64,000 nt of DNA, from positions 64,001 to 128,000 of IMG/VR virus record IMGVR_UViG_3300023218_000040; one strand, given 5' to 3'. Positions 16,896-24,411 of the stretch are shown here, piece after piece; positions within the stretch are counted from its first letter, which is position 1; each line of letters begins with the position of its first letter. The position numbers and the translations under genes are program-made. This DNA is from a virus (taxonomy: Duplodnaviria; Caudoviricetes). Below the pieces are notes generated by a model. That model ran no database searches and was not told where the DNA came from. It was given only the letters and a program-made list of their open reading frames with translations.

Positions 16896-19808
16896 TTATG
16901 CTCCATACTCGATTTTGGACATTCTGTTCTCTTTGATGATTTTCATCACATCTTCAACACGAGCGGCAATGTCATCACGGTGAGTAATCAGGAAGGCACG
17001 CTTGCCTTTCTTGGTGCATGTCTCTTTGAGAGCACGTACAGCGTTTTCGGCACCACGAGGACAGATGCCAGAATCGATAAGCTCATCGACCGCCAACAGA
17101 TTGATGCTGTAGTTCATGAACTCGAATACGTCCTGGAATGCGAAGTTCAAAGCGATACGAACCCGGTTACGCTCACCTTTGGAGAGATTACCAAAGTCAA
17201 ACTCTTCGTGATAATCAGTAATGCTCACTGTCAGGTCTGGCTGGAAAGCTACGATGTGTGGTAGCTCCAGGATCTCCAGCCAATACGCAATTCTCTTGTT
17301 CAAGATTGGCATCCATCGGTCGATGATTAGCTTCCTCAAGAACGAATCTTTTTTTGTCAACAAATCTATGAGGTAGTTATAATGTGCGATCAGCAAACGT
17401 AAGTCCTTGATTTCACTCTCATCGACTTTCTTTATTGCTTCTTCACGAAATTTCGTTACACTTTCAACGTGCGGATTTTCGTCTACTTCTACTTTTTCTA
17501 GTTGCTCACGTAGAGCCTTGAGCGTGGCACCGGCACTAGCTGCTTCCTCTACCGATCCGTAAGTGAGGTTTAGGCGGTCGATGTCACGCAGAGCTTCATT
17601 GAGGTTGGAAATCTCTGTCTTGAGTTCGAGTTCTCTTTTCTCCAGGGTTTTCATTTCAGTAGTAACGTGAAGTTCTTTGTCCTTGCTTTCGGCGTACCGC
17701 AAGACAGCTTCTTCTAGACTTTCGGCCAAGGTCTTTTTGTACTCCGGATCAGCTACCCAATGTTGATTGCAGGTAGGACAGGTCTCTTCTTCTAGTTTAG
17801 CTAGTGACGCTTGGGTTTCGGTTACATACTGGTCATCACGTTTCTGTTGACGTTCATGTTCTTTCAATTCGTTCTGGCAGCGACGAACCTCAGATTTGAT
17901 CTCACGCAGGCCCGCTTCCAGTTCTTTCACCTGGGCGTAGGCGTCGGTTGCCAGATTGAGCATTTCGATTTCTTTCTTGACATCAACTGCCTCCAGGGTC
18001 TTGATTGTCTCCTGGAGTTCTGCTATAGTATCAGCTTTTTTCTTTTCCCACGCCTTGGATTTGGCTTCAAGCTCCTTAACCTGGGCTTCGATACGAGAAT
18101 TGGCTTGTTTGGTTGCTTCGATAGAGGATTCTGCGGTCAACAGATCTTTGTTCTTCTCCTTTCGTTCATCCTTGAGAAGCTTTGCCTTTTCGGTCATGAT
18201 GGTGAAACCGAACAGATGCTCGATCACATCACGGCGTTTGTCTTCTGGTAAACGGAAGAACTCCAGGGACTCGGAAGTATTGGCGACAAGATACTCGAAT
18301 AGGGTGATATCGAAACCGAGGATGCCAACGATCTGGTCAGTGGTTTCGTTCTTACCACGAGCTATATCGTGCTTGAGTTTTCGACCATCCTTGGCCTTGA
18401 AGTCAGAGTCATCATCTAGCTTTTTTCGGAACAAGAAGAGCTTGGATGGTCGTTCTGTTCGTTCAACGAGATAGCGGTACTCATCCTTGGTAAATTCGAC
18501 GCTGACTATCATTGAGCCCTTGGGCGATAGTTTATTGATGAGTTTCTGATTTGAGATGCCTCGAACCACCTTGCCAAACAAGGCGTAACATAAGGCGTCG
18601 ATGATTGCGGAATTATGTGTAACGACATAATTATCAGTTACGTATAGATGGTCAGGGTCAGAAACCGTTATACATTGTACCTCTTCCGAACATATTGGTT
18701 TGATGTCAATAATCTCTAAACGTAGAGAATTTTGGTACTGATAAGGTATCGGAAGTTTCTCAATCTTTCGTTGAAGTCGAAATAGGGTTTCTCTCTGAGG
18801 GTGACGTATACCAACACGATATGATGGCTGTCCCTGTCTTTTCTTCCCGTTATGAGTGTATAACTTGTTTAGTTCTGTTATTTTGGCGATGCCACCGATT
18901 TTCCATACCAAGTTTTGAACTTGTGAAGCAAGTACGGGGCTAGTAGTAGTGAATGAAACGGAACCATTAGCATCCACGGTACCATCTGAATCGAGTAGTC
19001 CTTGAAGAAGGTGTTTGGTTTGGGTAATAGACATTTCCATGTATGCATCAGGAATTGTCTTTTCCCAAGCCCGACTATCCCACATGCCCAAGGAACGTAG
19101 ATGAATAGAAACGGGATTGAACCCTTTAGATCCATCAGTAATAGTGTAAGTAAGCTTGTTTGGTCCTCGGACCTCTACCCCATCGGGAAGTATTGAGCGA
19201 ACAGTCTCTACAATTGCCTCATCTTTGGTGGTGAATCGAACACCAGAAGTGAAATTACCGTCACCGATGAGTATACCTAATAGATATGGATCTATTGGTA
19301 CATTTGTATCTGTGCGTTTCATTTCGCCTGGGAATAGGGGGACGTAAGTGCGCCCAGATGCACCTGGGAACTTTTCTCGATGCTTAATTATATCGAACGT
19401 AGATTGAACGGACCATCCCCAATTAGAACCATTCCGATTCCAAATCTTCCACAGATGATCTCCACAGCATTTAACCACCCGTCCGTCTGAAAAGGTAACT
19501 GCAAATACATCTCGAATTCCACGGGGATGCACTCCTGTTACAATTGTAGGTTTTCCGGTCCCAGAGATGATGCAGGAGCCAATTTCCATCTCTCCCATAG
19601 TTGACCAACCATAAGGAGTTAGGATTTTAGAATCTAAAGGTTGAGCTTTTCCACAACCATTTCTGGAATCTTCTCCCCCGGTATCTCGGTTCTCACCCAG
19701 CACAACAGTGATATGATCGCCCCCAAGGGGAACAACCACTTCCTTCGCTCCAAAGGAGAGGAAGTTTCTCAGTCGTAACTCATTAAACTCTAAAGCTTGA
19801 TTCGCCAT
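16896..19808 (-). CDS. gp46: Recombination ATPase gp46/SbcC/Rad50 precursor with an intein in Walker A
   Basis: LRLRNFLSFG, NGCGK|S, Zn-hook CPTC, signature LSKGE, Walker B LLAVDE; start MANQAL (track start 19832). Confidence 0.92.
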   Translation of the reverse strand: MANQALEFNELRLRNFLSFGAKEVVVPLGGDHITVVLGENRDTGGEDSRNGCGKAQPLDSKILTPYGWSTMGEMEIGSCIISGTGKPTIVTGVHPRGIRDVFAVTFSDGRVVKCCGDHLWKIWNRNGSNWGWSVQSTFDIIKHREKFPGASGRTYVPLFPGEMKRTDTNVPIDPYLLGILIGDGNFTSGVRFTTKDEAIVETVRSILPDGVEVRGPNKLTYTITDGSKGFNPVSIHLRSLGMWDSRAWEKTIPDAYMEMSITQTKHLLQGLLDSDGTVDANGSVSFTTTSPVLASQVQNLVWKIGGIAKITELNKLYTHNGKKRQGQPSYRVGIRHPQRETLFRLQRKIEKLPIPYQYQNSLRLEIIDIKPICSEEVQCITVSDPDHLYVTDNYVVTHNSAIIDALCYALFGKVVRGISNQKLINKLSPKGSMIVSVEFTKDEYRYLVERTERPSKLFLFRKKLDDDSDFKAKDGRKLKHDIARGKNETTDQIVGILGFDITLFEYLVANTSESLEFFRLPEDKRRDVIEHLFGFTIMTEKAKLLKDERKEKNKDLLTAESSIEATKQANSRIEAQVKELEAKSKAWEKKKADTIAELQETIKTLEAVDVKKEIEMLNLATDAYAQVKELEAGLREIKSEVRRCQNELKEHERQQKRDDQYVTETQASLAKLEEETCPTCNQHWVADPEYKKTLAESLEEAVLRYAESKDKELHVTTEMKTLEKRELELKTEISNLNEALRDIDRLNLTYGSVEEAASAGATLKALREQLEKVEVDENPHVESVTKFREEAIKKVDESEIKDLRLLIAHYNYLIDLLTKKDSFLRKLIIDRWMPILNKRIAYWLEILELPHIVAFQPDLTVSITDYHEEFDFGNLSKGERNRVRIALNFAFQDVFEFMNYSINLLAVDELIDSGICPRGAENAVRALKETCTKKGKRAFLITHRDDIAARVEDVMKIIKENRMSKIEYGA
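18612..19646 (-). mobile_element. Intein in gp46 (345 aa), Ala-start, class-3 signature, LAGLIDADG endonuclease
   Basis: Starts AQPLDSKILTP; block B GDHLW; block F VQCITV; ends VTHN|S; LLGILIGDG and LLQGLLDSDG. Confidence 0.9.
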
Positions 19809-20034
19809 CGTAATCCTGCTTAGATAACACATCCGGGTGAATGGACCACTTAAAGACTAGCGTTTCGCCGTCTTTTCCGCTTGTCCTAAAAACGATATGG
19901 TTTTTTTCACACTCAGTCAAGAATGCGTAGACTTCGGCTTTGTCTAGATCCATGAATTCACTAATCCCTTGTGATGAAATAGAACCGTTTTCTAGGATGT
20001 ATTCCAAAATCTCATGTTGTAGCTCAGTATTCAT
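19783..20034 (-). CDS. Small winged-helix DNA-binding protein
   Basis: QHEILEYILENGSISSQGISEFMDLDKAEVYAFLTECEKNHIV fits a wHTH pattern. Confidence 0.55.
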   Translation of the reverse strand: MNTELQHEILEYILENGSISSQGISEFMDLDKAEVYAFLTECEKNHIVFRTSGKDGETLVFKWSIHPDVLSKQDYDGESSFRV

Positions 20035-20212
20035 TATATTCCTCGTCGGATTCCTCGTGAGAGTAAATTGCATCTGTAGGTTCTAAGTAATGTTTGTTGG
20101 AACATGAGCACGTCGCCTCAAAGTATAGTTCCTCATCATTCCACGCCCATGCTAGTGGCTCGCCGCAGCACGCAGCAAGCTCTTCCCACGCTTCGTGAAA
20201 TAGGTCATGCAT
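20024..20212 (-). CDS. Small acidic Cys-rich protein
   Basis: CC...CSC in 62 aa; overlaps the next gene. Confidence 0.6.
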   Translation of the reverse strand: MHDLFHEAWEELAACCGEPLAWAWNDEELYFEATCSCSNKHYLEPTDAIYSHEESDEEYNEY

Positions 20213-20286
20213 TGAAGTTTTTCCTGGATGGAAGTTTGAGTTCTTGTGTTATGTTTATAGTTTCTCAAGAAAATCATGCAAAGTTA

Positions 20287-21333
20287 CTAATTTCCTACAC
20301 TCTGATATAGTTGTACCAGTAATTCAGAGTCGTATTTCGATCCCTCGGTGTCGATTTCTCGTAGATGCTGAATCACGAGTTGATCGACACTTAATCCATC
20401 CTCTGGAATGTCTGTTCCCTCATCCACACCCAAAGCGTCTCGCTTTGGTCGAAGCCTGATATCTCTTACGTGCTCGGACAGGATGTTAGAGATTTCGGTT
20501 GCTTCCTCAATTTCGATACCCATGTCGTCCTGGCACTCGACAACACTTCTGTCGTTGTAGGTGTTTTCGTATGCCCCATTCTCGATTTCACCAAGTAACT
20601 TGGAGAGCTTGATACGATGGAAATTGGGTGCTTCCTCCCAATTAACGAACTCTGGGTCTTTACCCCATTCTAGAATCATGCATCCACGTTTGTTGTCACC
20701 AACATCGTTGAAGTCATGAGGAAAGCAGTTACCAATGTACCAGATTGGTACTCCGTTCTCGTTGACCTTCAACTGTCTCTTGTGGAAGTGACCACTGAAC
20801 ACGGCATCGCACTGGTAAAAATGGTCACCGTGCAAACCACCACGGTCGGGCATTTCGACCATTTCATTTAATAGGAACAAAGGTAATTCAAAGTGTCCGA
20901 ATACATACTTTACTTCGTATGAAGGTGGATCGGTGAATTCATTTCCTACCAACCACGGGCAGAACAGAACATCATCGATTTCGGTGATGGAGTTGATGAC
21001 CGTGATACTGTCTTGAGTTAGGTAGGGAAGAGAGTGGACATTCCGGTTGGTTTTGAAAAACAGGTCGTGGTTGCCCATCAGCCAGTAGATTGGAAGTCCA
21101 GTAGCAACCAATCTTTCGATGGCTTGCCAAGAGTAGTTGACGGTATCCACACGCAGACGTGAGCGATTGTCATACCAATCACCCATGAATATGATGGTAT
21201 CGCAATCGTGTTCATTCACCTGACTGATGAACCAATCCACGAAATCCAGGCAGTCTTGATTGTGCTGCTCGGAGTCAGATTTTTTACCGAAATGGATATC
21301 AGTGAATACTGCGGCTTTTTCGAACAGTGTCAT
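20287..21333 (-). CDS. gp47: Recombination nuclease gp47/SbcD/Mre11
   Basis: TDIHFG, FMGDWYD, MGNHD, FGHFE, SGHFH metallophosphoesterase motifs. Confidence 0.92.
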   Translation of the reverse strand: MTLFEKAAVFTDIHFGKKSDSEQHNQDCLDFVDWFISQVNEHDCDTIIFMGDWYDNRSRLRVDTVNYSWQAIERLVATGLPIYWLMGNHDLFFKTNRNVHSLPYLTQDSITVINSITEIDDVLFCPWLVGNEFTDPPSYEVKYVFGHFELPLFLLNEMVEMPDRGGLHGDHFYQCDAVFSGHFHKRQLKVNENGVPIWYIGNCFPHDFNDVGDNKRGCMILEWGKDPEFVNWEEAPNFHRIKLSKLLGEIENGAYENTYNDRSVVECQDDMGIEIEEATEISNILSEHVRDIRLRPKRDALGVDEGTDIPEDGLSVDQLVIQHLREIDTEGSKYDSELLVQLYQSVGN

Positions 21334-21653
21334 TATTGCTTGGGATCGTTGACTTCTAGCTTTCGTAGGTTCTTCAGTTGAACGTATATGTTGTTTTCGC
21401 CATTGGCGGGATATCCCTCAAAGTATCCCTGCTCGTGCCAGAATTCAAGAGTTGCAGCATAGAATCCTGGCTCATTAGGAAAACCATCCATAAAATCCGA
21501 GTTGTCCTCGATGCACAAACCATCCAACCAGTCCTCGGTAATGAGTTGATGCAGATCACGTGGATTTGGTGTACTCACCAAATAGGTAAGAATAGACTCA
21601 CGCAGTCCAATCGCCGCAAAATGGGCATTCTCAATAGCCTTAATCTTCTTCAT
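21333..21653 (-). CDS. Hypothetical protein
   Basis: Start MKKIKAIE preferred (track start 21707 overlaps gp55); TAATG coupling to gp47. Confidence 0.65.
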   Translation of the reverse strand: MKKIKAIENAHFAAIGLRESILTYLVSTPNPRDLHQLITEDWLDGLCIEDNSDFMDGFPNEPGFYAATLEFWHEQGYFEGYPANGENNIYVQLKNLRKLEVNDPKQ

Positions 21654-23124
21654 CTTCTTGAGCCTCGTAGAATTCACGCTCGATACGATCCATCCTAACA
21701 GAGTCATTCTCTAGCTGTCTAGTGTTTGATGGATTGAAACCGTTTTGCTCCAATAAGTCGTCACGAATTTTACGGGCCTTTTTCTCCTTCTCCAAAGTCG
21801 TCAAGAAACTATGATGAACGATCTGGGTGTAGTAGCCGAATGGATTTTGACCTACTTCTGGATCGAACTTTAGTGCTCCGTTCAGTAGAGACACCAGAGC
21901 TTCGCTTCGCATGTCTTCGATGTAGGTATTTCCGGTAAGGAATACAGTACCATTACGACGAGCCATAAAACAGCCGTATTCGGTTTCCGGACACCAAACC
22001 CGTCCCTTGTAATATTCCGTAGGAATGTTTGGATTAAATACTTTGGACTTCCCCGAACGTCCGCTTTTTCCTCCATGGAAGTCGATATTTTCAACCTTGG
22101 AATATTCACCCTTGGCGAATACCCTAACGGTATACGTATCCTTTTTGCCGTGTCCAATAGGAGGTCTGATACGAACTGTTGTTCTTTTACCACTGAGCGT
22201 ACATAACGCCACAAAAAAGTCAATTTGCTCTTCCGATGTTTGTGTGTAATTGGTATACCCATTGGTTTTCCAACCGTCGCCATCAACCATAGTATCAATC
22301 AGTAAACGGCGCTGATTAGTAGATAGGTTCATCAAAAATTTATAGGTTGGAACTTTATTTGGTGCAACCGATTCTATCAACTGGCAGAGTTCTTTGGTCA
22401 AGTAGAATGATACTTGTTCTGGTACATTCTCGCCCACAACACGAGTACGCTTATACTCTGCAATTTGATAACCGAGGTCAGCAACACATGCCCGAATTCT
22501 ATCGGAAAACTCGCCCTCATTCTGATAAATCGTGATGCGGGTGTAGTTGCGGTTTTCGGATAGGTAGTAATTTCCTTCGGTAATAACCCAACCGACCAAT
22601 TCCACGAACGCATCGGAATATACACCACCTGGAGATTCCAAGGCTGTCCCAATCATTACAAGATTGTCCTGTTCACGAAGGTAATCTACTCGGCGCAGTC
22701 CATTTGTTGTCATGAACTTATGTCCTGGAGTAACCAAGGAGTCCATTCCTTGGACAGTCATGCGGAACATATGACCATCATAGTCGTCTTTGAATATGGA
22801 ACGAATTCTTGACCACACAAGTTTACTATCGTCATAAGATAGGATTTGGTCATCGGTAGTTACATCATCGATCCCTAGCCACCCACGTTGTGTCATACAC
22901 TCTGTGTGTTCATCAACGCAATATCCACGCCAGTTGGCTTTCTTGGAGTAGCGGTCCACCAACATCATTAGCATCTTGACTAATTCTTGGGTCATACATT
23001 GGGCGGGGGTCACATCGGGATTTTTCTTTTGCTTCTCAGCTAGCATAGTCTTGGATAGTCGAATTTGCTCCATAAGGCTTGCATTGTTTAGGTAATTGGT
23101 GGTTCTTTTCTTTCTGGTAACCAT
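21640..23124 (-). CDS. gp55: Late-transcription sigma factor gp55 precursor with an intein (spliced product 163 aa)
   Basis: NYLNN, NWRGY|TYIEDMRSEAL, KFDPEVGQNPFGYYTQI..HSFL...EKEKK; upstream of gp47-gp46 as in T4. Confidence 0.88.
   Translation of the reverse strand: MVTRKKRTTNYLNNASLMEQIRLSKTMLAEKQKKNPDVTPAQCMTQELVKMLMMLVDRYSKKANWRGYCVDEHTECMTQRGWLGIDDVTTDDQILSYDDSKLVWSRIRSIFKDDYDGHMFRMTVQGMDSLVTPGHKFMTTNGLRRVDYLREQDNLVMIGTALESPGGVYSDAFVELVGWVITEGNYYLSENRNYTRITIYQNEGEFSDRIRACVADLGYQIAEYKRTRVVGENVPEQVSFYLTKELCQLIESVAPNKVPTYKFLMNLSTNQRRLLIDTMVDGDGWKTNGYTNYTQTSEEQIDFFVALCTLSGKRTTVRIRPPIGHGKKDTYTVRVFAKGEYSKVENIDFHGGKSGRSGKSKVFNPNIPTEYYKGRVWCPETEYGCFMARRNGTVFLTGNTYIEDMRSEALVSLLNGALKFDPEVGQNPFGYYTQIVHHSFLTTLEKEKKARKIRDDLLEQNGFNPSNTRQLENDSVRMDRIEREFYEAQEDEED
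21928..22920 (-). mobile_element. Intein in gp55 (331 aa) with LAGLIDADG endonuclease
   Basis: Starts CVDEHTECMTQRGW; block B VTPGHKF; LVGWVITEG and DTMVDGDG; ends VWCPET..CFMARRNGTVFLTGN|T. Confidence 0.9.
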
Positions 23125-23220
23125 TAAAGCATTCCTCTTTTCCCCTCTTGAGTGTTTCTCAAGAAATTAATATGTTAGGAACATGAACACTTTCCTCATA
23201 AAAGTCAATAGATTTTCCTT

Positions 23221-23227
23221 GTAAATA
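23221..23227 (+). promoter_or_regulatory. Late promoter motif GTAAATA for the baseplate operon
   Basis: 19 nt upstream of ATG 23247. Confidence 0.65.
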
Positions 23228-23246
23228 TCCGAAGAGGAAACTACCT

Positions 23247-24113
23247 ATGGCCCAACTAGATAATCGACCTACTTTCGCCTTTGAACATGTGGCTGCAAAG
23301 CTAGAACCATTTGATCTCATGCGTCTAGCGTTTGTGACTGGTTCTGAAGATACAAGGCAGCAAACAAGCGAGAAGCTTCAGTTGGCTCTTAGCGGACCTC
23401 TCGGCGGTGCTGGCGCTGATGTTGCGGCTGTCCAATCTGTTCGCTCGCAGTTGGATGGAATTCGCACTCCACGAGGACGCTCCAGTGATGAGCATGCCTT
23501 GGCACCAATCTTCGCCACGGGTGGACTAGTCTTTCCTTATAATCCCACTGTGTCAGAAAAGATGTCTGTTAAGTATGATGCTGTTGAATTAACGCACTCA
23601 AACGAGTCGTACCACGTATATCGTTCTACGGATAACGTTCGCATCAGCATTTCAGAAGCAGTATGGACATGCGACACATTTGCAAATGCTGTCTATGCAC
23701 TATCCGTTATTCACTTTTTGAGAACCTATAGTCAGATGGATTTCGGTCGAAATCGAACCGGTCGTCCACCTTCTCCTATGTGGTTTTCTGCTTTTGGAAA
23801 TTACGCATTCCATCGAGTTCCGGTCTTATTGGAGTCGGCTGATTGGAGCTTTCCTAGCGATGTGGACTACGTGGGCATACCAGAGTTTGGAACACCTGAG
23901 CATGCGAGTGGACAGCTACGATTTGAAAGAACTCCTGATGGAAACTACACATGGTTGCCAATGGTGTTCAAGATTCCTTCCATCCAGTTGATTGTTCAAC
24001 ACTCCCCAAGGTACTGGATCAACTATAGCCTGGATGACTTTCGTTCAGGGAAGATGCTACGAGATCGAAAGAGTTTTCACGTTCTCCCAGGCAACACGAA
24101 CAGGAGAAAGTAA
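23247..24113 (+). CDS. Tail tube initiator / baseplate tube-cap-like protein
   Basis: LVFPYNP...THSN..., GRPPSP, VPVLLES..WSFP.DVDY, WLP pattern; first gene of the baseplate operon. Confidence 0.65.
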   Translation: MAQLDNRPTFAFEHVAAKLEPFDLMRLAFVTGSEDTRQQTSEKLQLALSGPLGGAGADVAAVQSVRSQLDGIRTPRGRSSDEHALAPIFATGGLVFPYNPTVSEKMSVKYDAVELTHSNESYHVYRSTDNVRISISEAVWTCDTFANAVYALSVIHFLRTYSQMDFGRNRTGRPPSPMWFSAFGNYAFHRVPVLLESADWSFPSDVDYVGIPEFGTPEHASGQLRFERTPDGNYTWLPMVFKIPSIQLIVQHSPRYWINYSLDDFRSGKMLRDRKSFHVLPGNTNRRK

Positions 24114-24114
24114 G

Positions 24115-24411
24115 ATGCCATTCAGACCAAGGTACACATCGGATTCCCCCTATGGGTTCACACCGATTATTGGACGGTTCATGGTTTACTACGTGCATCG
24201 TGCGGTTCCGGTTCACCAACTTGATCAAACGATCACCCTCGATCATCGATATGAGAATCGTCCAGATTTGCTGGCTAACGATTTGTACGGAGACCCAGAC
24301 ATGTTCTGGATCATTGCAGTCCGCAATGGATTGCAAGACCCTGTGTTTGATTTCAAGGCTGGTGAGAGATACACCATTCCACACCCTTCATTTGCTAGGA
24401 CACTGGTTTAA
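24115..24411 (+). CDS. gp53: gp53-like LysM baseplate wedge protein
   Basis: YENRPDLLANDLYGDPDMFWIIAVRN...G..YTIP; ATG 24115 (track start 23992). Confidence 0.8.
   Translation: MPFRPRYTSDSPYGFTPIIGRFMVYYVHRAVPVHQLDQTITLDHRYENRPDLLANDLYGDPDMFWIIAVRNGLQDPVFDFKAGERYTIPHPSFARTLV

Noticed and set aside
16763-16906. Possible TGA read-through ORF (MEHKLEF*WYGY...)
   Set aside because: The alternative-frame 53-aa ORF is uninterrupted and more protein-like; there is no other sign of recoding.
23180-23208. TTGACT-N17-CATGTT upstream of gp55
   Set aside because: The -10 is too weak to call with confidence.
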